The notes beneath the pieces are model-generated. The model saw only the letters and a program-made list of their open reading frames with translations. It was not told the DNA's origin and did no database searches. Position numbers and translations under genes: made by a program. Below, piece after piece: positions 40,224 to 52,483 of a DNA stretch of 64,000 bases. The stretch comes from Bacillota bacterium (GTDB lineage: Bacteria; Bacillota; Ch66; Ch109). The stretch is from NCBI GenBank assembly GCA_050952625.1, contig JBMNLH010000002.1, positions 1 to 64,000 of the forward strand. The letters run 5' to 3'. Position 1 is the first letter of the stretch, and the number at the start of each line of letters is the position of its first letter.

Positions 40224-41999
40224 CTACCACTGCTTTTTCCCAAAAAGCTCGCCCCAGCGCGCAGACACCCGCTGTACGATATCCTCCCGAGAAACCAGTT
40301 CCCCGGGGTAATCTGGCTTCATGCGGGCATCAATCACAATCGGCCCTCGGTACAGAATCCGATTACGCCGGACCGTCTGTTCGGCGTAGATGTCCCAGGC
40401 CGGGTCAAAACGAGTGAAAATGGTCCAGAGAAATGAAGTCTGATCCTGAATACTGTCGGCGTCATCCACCACCACGACCAGCGGCCAGTCCGCCAGTTGA
40501 GCCTGATTAGCCTGTACCAGTTGGCCGGCTAATTCGGGATTTTGGGTAAAAGACTCCCCAGAAACGATCAAGCAGCCGGCACAGTAAGGCTTCACCTGCC
40601 TTACTCCAGGCAAAGGACCGCCTCGGTATTCCCGCGGCAGTGCCCGGACCGGTTGACCCAGGCCGGTCATAATCGCCTTGCTGCCCTGGTTAAACTTGCG
40701 TCCAGTATAATCCAGAGTATCCATGGCCGTATCTTTAATGATCAGCAGATCCCGCTCCGGGTTAAATCGTTCCAGGACTCGTTCCAACAGTTCGGCAAAA
40801 CGCTGAAGGTTACACGGAACATCAGTGACAATCAAGAATTTAGTTAAGGACAACTGCCCTTCGCCCAGAATTCGAAAAGCGTGGGCTAAAGCTTCCCGGT
40901 AGTAACTCTCTCGGACCACCGCCGCAGCCAGGGAATGAAAGCCGGTTTCCGCATAGGTCCACAGAGCCTTAACCCCGGGCATGATCACTGGGAATAGGGG
41001 GGATAACAGGCTTTGAAAGTAATCCCCGATGTAATAATCTTCTTGCCGCGGCTTGCCAACCACTGTGGCCGGGTAGATGGCATCCCGCCGGTGATAGACT
41101 GTCTTCATGTTGATAACCGGGAAGTCGTGGACCAGGGAATAATAGCCGTAATGGTCACCAAAAGGCCCTTCCGGCCGCCGAACTCCAGGAGGAACTTCCC
41201 CGCAAAAGGCAAACTCAGCTTCGGCGATCAGGGGATGGGCGTGATCACTAGCCGTTGCTAGATTCAATTTATCGCCCATTAAAAAGGAAGCAAAAATCAA
41301 TTCCGGCACCATTTCCGGCAAAGCAGCAATGGCGGCTAGGGTTAAGGCCGGCGGGCCGCCTAAAAAAACGGTCACTGGCAGGGGCTGACCAGCTTGCTCC
41401 GCCTCATAGTGGTGAAAGCCGCCTCCTTTATGGATCTGCCAGTGGATCCCGGTTTGGTTCGCCGAATAAAGCTGGACCCGATACATGCCTAGGTTGTGCT
41501 GCCGGGTTCGAGGGTGCTCAGTATAAACCAGCGGCAGGGTCAGAAAGCGTCCCCCGTCTTCCGGCCAACTGACCAAGGCTGGCAGTTGGCGCAGGTCTAC
41601 CTGGTCTTGGTGCTCGCGGCACTCCATGACCGGGGCTTCTCGGGAACTCACGGTCCTCAGCCCGGTCTTGGCGATGTCCAACAACCAATTCCGTTCCCGC
41701 CACAGGGTCCCCAGCTTCGGCGGAATTAAACGGTCAATCGCTTCGACTGCCTGGTTAATAATCGCCTCCGGCCTTGGTCCCATGGCCAGGTCCACCCGGT
41801 GGCGGGTACCGAACAAGTTGGTCGCTACTGGATACGGGCTTCCCTTAACGTTGGTAAAAATCAATCCTGGCCCCTGTTCTTCCACGACCCGGCGGTGGAT
41901 CTCTGCCAGTTCCAGATCTGGATCAACTGGGGCCGATACCTCAACAATCTCTTTTTCCTTTTGTAGCAGTTTGATAAAACTCCGTAAATTTCTGTGCAT
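40224..41999 (-). CDS. UbiD family prFMN-dependent decarboxylase (long, menaquinone/MqnL-like form)
   Basis: WPEDGG.F.T, NLGMYRVQ, EGPFGDHYGYYS, VVGKP.QED and D.LDY motifs. Confidence 0.88.
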   Translation of the reverse strand: MHRNLRSFIKLLQKEKEIVEVSAPVDPDLELAEIHRRVVEEQGPGLIFTNVKGSPYPVATNLFGTRHRVDLAMGPRPEAIINQAVEAIDRLIPPKLGTLWRERNWLLDIAKTGLRTVSSREAPVMECREHQDQVDLRQLPALVSWPEDGGRFLTLPLVYTEHPRTRQHNLGMYRVQLYSANQTGIHWQIHKGGGFHHYEAEQAGQPLPVTVFLGGPPALTLAAIAALPEMVPELIFASFLMGDKLNLATASDHAHPLIAEAEFAFCGEVPPGVRRPEGPFGDHYGYYSLVHDFPVINMKTVYHRRDAIYPATVVGKPRQEDYYIGDYFQSLLSPLFPVIMPGVKALWTYAETGFHSLAAAVVRESYYREALAHAFRILGEGQLSLTKFLIVTDVPCNLQRFAELLERVLERFNPERDLLIIKDTAMDTLDYTGRKFNQGSKAIMTGLGQPVRALPREYRGGPLPGVRQVKPYCAGCLIVSGESFTQNPELAGQLVQANQAQLADWPLVVVVDDADSIQDQTSFLWTIFTRFDPAWDIYAEQTVRRNRILYRGPIVIDARMKPDYPGELVSREDIVQRVSARWGELFGKKQW

Positions 42000-42008
42000 A
42001 TTCCACCT

Positions 42009-42422
42009 CTAGTTATTTTTGGGACAGTGGGACCGATCAATCATTTCTCTAGCTGCCGCCAGGCAGTTATTAAGAATAATCTCTAGTTCCCGGTTTTTCG
42101 CCTTATTAATATGGATACCGGCAGCAACCACGGTCGTTTGTTGCGTTGCGCGACAGATCATCTCCGCCACTGGCCGGGCCGCTTCAACATCCTTGTGTCC
42201 CGGAACCGGCAGGATCCAAGTGTCACAACTAACCCCTTCACCGGTTAAACTGGGTCGGGGGACGCTCAGCACAACACCCCCAACATGAGGCTTCTCTCCT
42301 CCTAGGAGTTGAGCGATTATCCCATTTCCGGTCAAGGTTGCGGTTAAGGTAATCTGGTACCGTCCTTCACCGTTCTTAACGGCAACAGTCTTTATCTCGG
42401 GGTTTATTGGCGGTGTTTGCAT
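42009..42422 (-). CDS. LpdD-like prenylated-flavin chaperone
   Basis: GGEKPHVG, PGHKD and V.AGIH motifs; immediately upstream of ubiD. Confidence 0.7.
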   Translation of the reverse strand: MQTPPINPEIKTVAVKNGEGRYQITLTATLTGNGIIAQLLGGEKPHVGGVVLSVPRPSLTGEGVSCDTWILPVPGHKDVEAARPVAEMICRATQQTTVVAAGIHINKAKNRELEIILNNCLAAAREMIDRSHCPKNN

Positions 42423-42757
42423 CTATTCTGCATCTCCCTATATATAAAATAAGCATTAAAAACAGACAATCCTTTAGTTATGAAACTATTATGCGAGCTG
42501 TACTAAGGTATTTCAATGTACGTAGGCAATAACCTGATACTATTTATAATCTGTTCAATTGCCAGCTTTCCTTCCCTTTTGGTCACTATGTCTGTACCCA
42601 GCGGGAAATTGAGGCTGTGGCGTTGTAGTTTTCAAGGGTGAACAGCCGATATAAAACCGTTTTGATAACCGTTTTATATAGCCGCTTATATAGCCGTTAT
42701 ATAACAGAGGTATTTTAAGGTCATAGTTTAAAATCACGAATAAATGCACATATTGTA

Positions 42758-44860
<2,103 letters not shown>

Positions 44861-45020
44861 TTAAACAAAGAATCTTGTTCTACGCGGGTACTCAGAATAT
44901 ATAGTAAGCGATTACATTAAGATTCTTCGCTCTGCTCAGAATTAATCACGCATTACTGCACCAACGATAAACGAATAATGGTCGTATTCATAGCAATGAC
45001 ACGACTGAACCAGGTTTAAT

Positions 45021-46436
45021 TTATCTCTTTTGATTTCCCAGAAATTTAACCAACACCGGAACGACCTGTTTTTTACGGGAAATTACCCCGGGCAAAAAGA
45101 CGCTGTCACTCTCCCGCAGTCCCCCTGGCCGGTCGACTTTTTCCGCCCAGGCCCCGGCTTCTACGTTAACTCCACTGTAATCCCGAAAAGCCTGGGCAAT
45201 TCGGGTCGGATTCTTCCCCTCCACCAGCAGTTCCGTACCCTCACTCAAAAGATCGGTCACCATTAAAACGACTAGATCATACCCGGCATACTGCCGGGCC
45301 TTTTCCAATACATCCCTCAGAGAGTCTTTCAGGGGTTCGAGGACATCCAGCCCCATAACCTCAATCTGGCTGATCCCGACCCGTTCATCCCCCAGGAAAA
45401 ACTCCTTAAAATCTTCATAAAACAGGTCTTCCGCCGAACGTCCGTCCAGATCTACGGCTGCCCGGAACATCTCCCTGCCCAGGGCTTCTGGATCCACCCC
45501 CGCCACCCGGGCCATGCTTTGGGCCAGCTGCCGATCCCGGTCCGTGCAGGTGGGTGACTTAAAGATTACTGTATCTGACAGAATTCCGGCACATAAAAGG
45601 CCGGCTACTTCCGGGGCCGGGGTTAAGCCATTCTCGAAAAACATAGCCGCCACCAGCGTACAGGTGCTGCCCACCGGTTCACTTCTGACATAAATAGGTT
45701 CCCCAGTCTGCAGGTCTCCCAATCGGTGGTGGTCGATTATCTCAAGGATTTCCGCCTCTTCAATCCCGGGCACTGCCTGTCCCTTCTCATTGTGATCGAC
45801 TAAAATCACCTGTTTACGGCTAAAAGCCAGCAAATGATAGCGCGAAATCAGTCCCAGTAAACGATAATCCTCATCAACAACCGGATAGTTCCGGTAACGA
45901 GTCTCCAACATCAACCGTCGGGCATCTCCCAGAAGGTCATCCGCTACAAAAAAGACTAACGAATCGGTTCGCATTATGCAGCTGACTGGCTGCGCTAACA
46001 GTTGCTGAATCTGACGGCCGGCTTGAACCGGATCGTCCTGGGATATTTCTTCCAAATATTTCTGGGCTAAATCCCCCACCGTCAAAATCCCCAAGAGCCG
46101 ATTGCGTGAGTCAACCACCGGCAGGGTCTTTACCTGACGTGTCCGCATCAGGTCCCCTACCTCGCGCAAAGGAGTAGAGGCGGGTACCGTAATCGGTCTT
46201 CGGTCAATCAGATCAGCTACCCGAACGTGTATATCCTCGACCAATTCCGGCTCCCCAACGACAAATCGGCTCAAAACATAGCGGGTTTGCGGATTAATCG
46301 GCCCGGCTCGTCCAGCCCTAACGTTAGTAAACCCCAACTGTTGCTTTAAGTGAGCATAAGCGATAGCTGAACAAATCGAATCAGTATCCGGACGGGTATG
46401 TCCTAAAACATAAATAAGCCTTGGCTTGATTGGCAT
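45021..46436 (-). CDS. ppaC: CBS-domain family II (Mn-dependent) inorganic pyrophosphatase
   Basis: GH..PDTDSICS, two CBS domains, LVDHNE, IDHH, ILSDT and SRKKQ motifs. Confidence 0.9.
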   Translation of the reverse strand: MPIKPRLIYVLGHTRPDTDSICSAIAYAHLKQQLGFTNVRAGRAGPINPQTRYVLSRFVVGEPELVEDIHVRVADLIDRRPITVPASTPLREVGDLMRTRQVKTLPVVDSRNRLLGILTVGDLAQKYLEEISQDDPVQAGRQIQQLLAQPVSCIMRTDSLVFFVADDLLGDARRLMLETRYRNYPVVDEDYRLLGLISRYHLLAFSRKQVILVDHNEKGQAVPGIEEAEILEIIDHHRLGDLQTGEPIYVRSEPVGSTCTLVAAMFFENGLTPAPEVAGLLCAGILSDTVIFKSPTCTDRDRQLAQSMARVAGVDPEALGREMFRAAVDLDGRSAEDLFYEDFKEFFLGDERVGISQIEVMGLDVLEPLKDSLRDVLEKARQYAGYDLVVLMVTDLLSEGTELLVEGKNPTRIAQAFRDYSGVNVEAGAWAEKVDRPGGLRESDSVFLPGVISRKKQVVPVLVKFLGNQKR

Positions 46437-46672
46437 TGATTTTTCCTCGCGTAATTTTTCCTCACATAATTTTTCTGAAAAGCTACTACTACAACTTTAC
46501 TGTTTTATATTAAAAATAAAACAGCTTATGTTTTACTCGGTTCAGCAGACTTGGCTGGGAACGAAATAATGAATGATGAAAATCGTCAATCCCTGACCTC
46601 GTTAATACACTCTCGATCATGGTTTTTTCAATACTATTTTATGATAAAACAGATACAACCGATTTGACCCTG

Positions 46673-49177
46673 CTACTCCGCTACTTTGGTTAATGGAGCA
46701 TAAGCCAGCATTAGCTGTTTGATTCCCTGTTCGGGAAAAGCCACGGCCACCTGACTATCCGGCCCCTCCCCTTTGACCTGAACCACTACGCCTGGTCCCC
46801 ACTTAGTATGCACAACTTTATCTCCGACCGTCAAACTCTGGATTTCTTTGGCCTTACCCTTGTCCGCTCCGGTTTTTTGCGTTGTATCTCCGGATTTTCG
46901 CCGGACATCAGTGAGCGTTTTCTTTTTACCCTGACGGCCAGACTCAACCTGATTACCAGCGGCCGGAACCGAATAGTAGCTTAAACCCTCTTCCGTTGCT
47001 GAATCGGTCTTACTTTTTACCGAGCCTGAACTCCGGCGATTAGCAAGACTGGGATCCTGGTTGGAGATCAGGTGTGGCGGTATCTCAGTCAAAAAACGGG
47101 AAGGCGGATTGTTGCGCTGAAACCCGAAAATGGTCCGAGCTAAAGCGTGGGTTAGGTAAAGTTTTTCTTTGGCCCGGGTAATCCCCACATAACAGAGCCG
47201 CCGCTCCTCCTCCAGTTCGTCTTGATCAAACTTAGCCCGGGAATGGGGAAAGACATCCTCTTCCATCCCAGTTAAAAAGACAACTGGAAACTCCAGCCCT
47301 TTAGCCCCGTGCAGGGTCATCAGGACTACCGTGTCCTCTTCCTCGGAATAGGTATCCAGGCTGGTGACTAACGCAATCCTGGCCAGGAATTGGCCCAGAC
47401 GGCTCAGGCCGGCTTTCTGGTTTCCTGAGTTATTTATGTTGCTTGCATTATCAAGCAAATTATTAGTAATTGAGTTATTAGCTAATCTATTCGTTGAATT
47501 ATGGCTATTTGAATTATTAATTGAATTATTAACTAACGCATTTATAGGGGGATCGGTTTCCAAAGTAATTTCTTCCTTGTCAGGACCAAGGTCTTCCTCC
47601 TCATCAAATTCCTCCGGGTGCTCATCATAGTCTTTAGTGACTGACAAAAACTCCTGCAGGTTCTCAATGCGGGACCGCGCTTCTACCGTGTTCTCTGCTT
47701 GCAGTTCCCTTAAGTAACCGCTCCGTTCCAGAACCTGCTGGACCAGCGGGGTGAGTTCAGCCTGATCACCCAACCGTCTAAAGCTTTCCATTAATTCGGC
47801 AAAAATGACTACTGGGTGAGCCGGTTTCCCCTGTTCTTTTAACTGGCTGCCCATTAAACATACCGCTTCATAATAAGAGATTTCTCGCTCAGCCGCCAAT
47901 TCGACGATTCTTTTCCAGGTAACGTCACCGATTCCCCGCCGGGGAACATTGATTATCCGAGACAAACTGACATTATCAGCCGGATTGGCGATTACCCGAA
48001 GATAGGCCAGCAGATCCCTGATTTCTTTTCGCTGATAAAACCCCTGACCCCCAATAATCCGAAAGGGAATCTGAAACCGCAACAAGGCCTCCTCTAACAC
48101 CCGGGATTGAGCATGCACCCGATAGAAGACGGCAAAATCCCGATACCTTCTCTTTTCCTGTTGCTTAAGGAATAAAATACGTTCTGCCACAAAGCGGGCC
48201 TCATCCTGCTCGGTAAACCCCTGGTATTCAATAATCGGTTGTCCGGGACCATTGCTGGTCCATAACTTTTTCTCTTTCCGTGACCGGTTCTGTTTCACCA
48301 CCTGGTTAGCGGCTTCCAAAATTGTTTGCGTGGATCGGTAATTTTCTTCTAATTTGATGATCCGGGCCTCCGGATAATCCTTCTCAAAATTTAGGATATT
48401 GGTCAGATCCGCCCCCCGCCAGCCATAGATAGATTGGTCCGGGTCGCCGACTACACACAGGTTGCGGTGTTTATCGGCCAGCATCTTGACTAAGACATAC
48501 TGGGAGTGGTTGGTGTCCTGGTATTCATCGACCAGGATATACTGAAACTTATTCTGGTAATAGTCGAGGATCTCGGGGTTGTCCCGAAAGAGCTGAACCG
48601 TTTGCATGATCAGATCGTCAAAATCCAAGCCGTTCAATTCCTTGAGCCGTTTTTGATACCAGATATAGAGCTCGGCTATTTTTTTATCGTTGAGAGTGGA
48701 TGCCCGCCGGGCAAACCCTTCCGGGCCTAACAGTCTGTTTTTGGCCTCACCAATTTGATAGGCAATACTGCGCGGTGGGTATTTTTTTTCATCCAGGTTA
48801 AAGGTCCGCAAACCCTCCTTAATCAAGGTCTGCTGGTCAGAGTCATCATAGATGGTGAAATCACGGGAATACCCCAGGACCTCAATTTCTCGCCGCAAAA
48901 TGCGGGTACAAGCGGCATGAAATGTGCATACCCAAGGGCTTTTAAAAAAAGAAAGCATATTAACCAGGCGGCTTTTCATCTCCTGCGCCGCCTTGTTGGT
49001 AAAGGTGATCGCCAGAATATTAAAGGGGTTTACCCGCCGTTCTTCCACTAGATAAGCGATTCGGTAGGTCAACACCCGGGTTTTCCCGCTCCCCGCCCCG
49101 GCCAGGACCAGCACCGGGCCTTCGGTCTGGCAGACCGCTTCTCTCTGTTCCGAATTAAGTTGTTCTAATAGCTCCAC
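46673..49177 (-). CDS. pcrA: ATP-dependent DNA helicase PcrA/UvrD with an Asn-rich insertion
   Basis: AGAGSGKT, DEYQD, VGDPDQSIY, NYRS, MTLHGAKGLEF, EEERRLCYVGITRA and a C-terminal Tudor-like domain. Confidence 0.96.
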   Translation of the reverse strand: MELLEQLNSEQREAVCQTEGPVLVLAGAGSGKTRVLTYRIAYLVEERRVNPFNILAITFTNKAAQEMKSRLVNMLSFFKSPWVCTFHAACTRILRREIEVLGYSRDFTIYDDSDQQTLIKEGLRTFNLDEKKYPPRSIAYQIGEAKNRLLGPEGFARRASTLNDKKIAELYIWYQKRLKELNGLDFDDLIMQTVQLFRDNPEILDYYQNKFQYILVDEYQDTNHSQYVLVKMLADKHRNLCVVGDPDQSIYGWRGADLTNILNFEKDYPEARIIKLEENYRSTQTILEAANQVVKQNRSRKEKKLWTSNGPGQPIIEYQGFTEQDEARFVAERILFLKQQEKRRYRDFAVFYRVHAQSRVLEEALLRFQIPFRIIGGQGFYQRKEIRDLLAYLRVIANPADNVSLSRIINVPRRGIGDVTWKRIVELAAEREISYYEAVCLMGSQLKEQGKPAHPVVIFAELMESFRRLGDQAELTPLVQQVLERSGYLRELQAENTVEARSRIENLQEFLSVTKDYDEHPEEFDEEEDLGPDKEEITLETDPPINALVNNSINNSNSHNSTNRLANNSITNNLLDNASNINNSGNQKAGLSRLGQFLARIALVTSLDTYSEEEDTVVLMTLHGAKGLEFPVVFLTGMEEDVFPHSRAKFDQDELEEERRLCYVGITRAKEKLYLTHALARTIFGFQRNNPPSRFLTEIPPHLISNQDPSLANRRSSGSVKSKTDSATEEGLSYYSVPAAGNQVESGRQGKKKTLTDVRRKSGDTTQKTGADKGKAKEIQSLTVGDKVVHTKWGPGVVVQVKGEGPDSQVAVAFPEQGIKQLMLAYAPLTKVAE

Positions 49178-49438
49178 ATCGTTCCTCCAAAAAATGACGT
49201 GCTATAATTGTTCTATTTTTATTATTGTATCACTGAAGAAGCTGTAACGCCTAGGGCATTGGTAATGAACGTGTTATTTATTTACTGATAGCTTAACTTC
49301 TATAACTAATAATAGGGTTATGCGTGGCTATCTATAACAATTTGTTATTACTAGTATAAAGGTATTTTCATCTTGGTCTAGAATATGTATTTTGTTAAGG
49401 TGCCTTGCAAATTATCATTCAAAGTAGGAGGAATAGAA

Positions 49439-50518
49439 TTGAGTCGAGAAAAATTGTTAATGGCTTTAACCGGGGTGGTGATTGGAGGACTGGCGGTATG
49501 GCTGGTGGTTTTAGGCAACCCGGCAAATATGGGATTTTGTATTGCATGCTTTTTACGAGATACAGCCGGAGGACTGGGATTGCACCGAGCAAGTATTGTC
49601 CAATATGTGCGGCCTGAGTTAATAGGCTTGGCCTTTGGTGCTTTTATTTCTGCCTTTAGTGCAAAAGAATTTCGGAGTCGCGGCGGTTCGGCCACCTTTG
49701 TGCGTTTTATTCTTGGTGCTTTTATGATGATCGGGGCACTCGTTTTCCTGGGCTGTCCTCTCCGGGACATCCTTAGATTAGGCGGGGGAGATCTCAACGC
49801 GCTAGTAGGATTTGCTGGCTTCCTCGGAGGAGTACTCTTTGGGGTATTTTTTCTGAAGAAAGGATTTAATTTAGGCGCGGCTAAAAGGGAAAAGGTTACC
49901 CCGGCCGGAGGTTATATTTTTATCTTATTAGTTCTCCTTATTTTTGGTCTTCTGGTTTTTGGAATTAGTTTTAATCCTGCAGCAGGCGGTCCACTGTTTT
50001 TTAGTCAAGAGGGCCCGGGAAGCATGCACGCTCCTTTATGGATCGCTTTAGTTGCTGGTCTGATCGTTGGTTTCCTGGCTCAAAAAACAAGAATGTGTTT
50101 GAGTGGCGGGTTCAGAGATTTCTTTTTGATCAGGGAAACCGGCCTGTTAATCGCCTATGGGTTTATTTTTCTCACCGTGCTGATCCTTAACCTTTATTTG
50201 GGCAAATTTCATTTGGGTTTTGCCAACCAACCCATTGCCCATACTAACCATCTATTTAATTTCTTGGGACTGTTCTTGGTTGGTCAAACTGCGGTACTGC
50301 TTGGAGGATGCCCGTTACGGCAAATAGTTTTGAGCAGTGAAGGAGATATGGACGCAGCAACCACGGTACTAGGAATGATTTTTGGGGCCGCTATCGCCCA
50401 TAATTTTATGCTAGCGGCAAGTACAAATGGGGTCGCGATTTTCGGTCAGGTGGCAGTAGCGGCCGGGATAATTATTGTCAGTTTAATCGCTTGGGCTTAT
50501 CGGGAGGTGGATGCATAA
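49439..50518 (+). CDS. yedE: YedE family putative selenium/sulfur transporter
   Basis: GNPANMGFCIACFLRD, FLGCP, R.C..GG and GGCPLRQ motifs; TTG 49439 after AGGAGG. Confidence 0.88.
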   Translation: MSREKLLMALTGVVIGGLAVWLVVLGNPANMGFCIACFLRDTAGGLGLHRASIVQYVRPELIGLAFGAFISAFSAKEFRSRGGSATFVRFILGAFMMIGALVFLGCPLRDILRLGGGDLNALVGFAGFLGGVLFGVFFLKKGFNLGAAKREKVTPAGGYIFILLVLLIFGLLVFGISFNPAAGGPLFFSQEGPGSMHAPLWIALVAGLIVGFLAQKTRMCLSGGFRDFFLIRETGLLIAYGFIFLTVLILNLYLGKFHLGFANQPIAHTNHLFNFLGLFLVGQTAVLLGGCPLRQIVLSSEGDMDAATTVLGMIFGAAIAHNFMLAASTNGVAIFGQVAVAAGIIIVSLIAWAYREVDA

Positions 50519-50727
50519 TGGCCAACCTAGACGTGCGGGGATTAAGTTGTCCTTTGCCGGTACTTAAGACGCAAAAAGCTCTGGAAAAAGGGATTGAGGA
50601 ACTGCGGGTAATAGGTTCTGGGAACACTGCCAAACATAATGTTAGTAAGTTCGCAAAGGCTAAAGGTTATCAAGTTAATGTAACCAGTGAAACAGATGAC
50701 GAGTGGTGCCTGATGATTAAAAAGTAG
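50518..50727 (+). CDS. TusA/YedF family sulfurtransferase
   Basis: LDVRGLSCPLPV motif; ATG overlaps the yedE stop. Confidence 0.88.
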   Translation: MANLDVRGLSCPLPVLKTQKALEKGIEELRVIGSGNTAKHNVSKFAKAKGYQVNVTSETDDEWCLMIKK

Positions 50728-50893
50728 GCTAACAAAAAAGCGATTGCTGTTTCGCTGAAATTACGATTATCTAAAATTTGTGCGAAATAAAACAAAGCAC
50801 CGATTCTTGCATAATGAAGAGGTAACCACACCCAAAATTATGAAAGGATGGTGCTTTGCTTGCTCAACCTGTCAATATGCCAAAAATATAATG

Positions 50894-51728
50894 TTATGAA
50901 TCACGCCACCGCCGGACCGCCCCGACGAATTCCTGGACTTTCTGCGGGTCAAGGTACCCCTCCCGATTGACCCCGCTAAACACATCCACCCCATAAGGCC
51001 TCGCCTTTTGCAAGGCATCGGCTACATTCTTCGCTTGCAGCCCGCCGGCCAGGATAAATGGTCTAGGCCAGACTGCATCCCTGATCTGGCGGGCGATCGC
51101 GAAATCCGCCACCTGACCGGTTGAGCCTACCTTGTTTTTCTGAGCACTGTCCAGTAGAATCGCATCAGCCCCGGCCGCAAGATAAGCCGCGATCAGGTTC
51201 TTTAGGGCGTTGTCGAGCTGGAAACTGCCTTCATCTGGTTGTTTGCCCACATTGCTGGTGCAGCTTGACCGGATTTTGTACTTATGGTCGTTGTGCTGGG
51301 GGTCGTTATGTTTGTGGTCGTTATGTTTGCGGTCGCTGTGTCTGTGGTCGTTGTGTTCTGAGGTTGTGGCGATTGCCATCAAGAAGCTGCTCCCCCTGCA
51401 GGTGCAGGGTCTTAATTATTTTTACCGGCAGTCTTTGCTTGAGGACCGCTACCTCCTCCGGTCCATTAAACCCATGGAGCTGGACCGCACTGGGGCGCAC
51501 ATAGTCCACCAAACGGCAGATTTCCTCAATTCTTTCCTCCGTCAGAATCAAGACGCTGCTCATCAAGGGCGGGACAAGAGCACTCAGTTGCCGGGCCTGC
51601 TCCCGAGAGAGGTTGCACGGCAGGGGCTGACTGACCTCAGTAATGAGGCCAATCGCGTCTACCCCGGCCATGGCCAGCAGTTCGATATCGGCTTCCTGTC
51701 GGCTGCCGCACACCATGATTCTGGTCAA
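50894..51728 (-). pseudogene. trpF: Phosphoribosylanthranilate isomerase, frameshifted, with a His-rich repeat insertion
   Basis: N half VCG...AVQLHG...IIKT; C half ILLDS...GSTG...ILAGGL..NV...PYGVDV.SGV in a different frame. Confidence 0.85.
51281..51355 (-). repeat. Five 15-bp tandem repeats inside trpF (HNDHR/HSDRK/HNDHK/HNDPQ/HNDHK)
   Basis: Units counted directly. Confidence 0.85.
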
Positions 51729-52483
51729 TGGAATCCCCTCCTGGCTTGAACAAAACTAGCTACCGTACTCGCCGGGTCAGCAGCAATGAGAAAGGCGGTT
51801 CCCGCCAGGACCGCATCCGCCCCGGCCGTTAATGATCGCTGCACATCCTCAGGTCCTTGGTGAGCACTCTCACTCAAAATCAAGGCCTCGCCAACCACCG
51901 GCCGGTAAGCAGTGAGCATTTCCTGATTTAACCGAATCAGGTCTTCTCCCATCTCCAACTCGTCAATATTTTTGTTGTTTATCCCCACTAATCGGGGAGG
52001 CCTTGCTAAGTTAGCCAGATATGGCAGATCTGCCGGCCCCCTGGTCTCCACCAGGGCCAACATCCCTTGCGCATGCACATACTGTAATAAATCAGGCAGT
52101 TGCTCTTTGACAAGATGGAGCGGTCAGCAGAAGGGTAACCCGGCGGCGCCAGGCCGAATTAACCGCTGATACCAGTTTAGCGTAATAATCAATCTGTTCC
52201 CGAGCTAAGATAAAGTCCTTAATCAATAACGGCAAGGATGTTGCCTGTAGTACGGCCGGTATATCCATTTCCGGCTGACCGCCGAAATGCTTGCGCTCCG
52301 TGACCAGCGAAATACCCGAGGCCCCGCCGGTCTGGTAACAGCGGGCCAGAGGAGGCAGCATCCCGCTCATCCCGACCCAGTTTATTAGCCAGTTTGGGGA
52401 TCACCCGTTTAATCTCAGCGACAACTCGGGACAATGCCCTTTTGGCGTGAACAGGCAAGCGATTCCCAAAGATTCAGGGTCAA
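51725..52483 (-). pseudogene. trpC: Indole-3-glycerol phosphate synthase with about three frameshifts
   Basis: Fragments VVAEIKR / Y..GGA.GIS.VTE..HFGG..LP.L.KDFI / LVE...VGINN....SES...G.DAVL.GT lie in different frames. Confidence 0.85.

Noticed and set aside
50790-50860. aaagcacc...ggtgcttt stem resembling an IS left end or promoter region
   Set aside because: No transposase or matching second end; it may simply be the terminator between convergent genes
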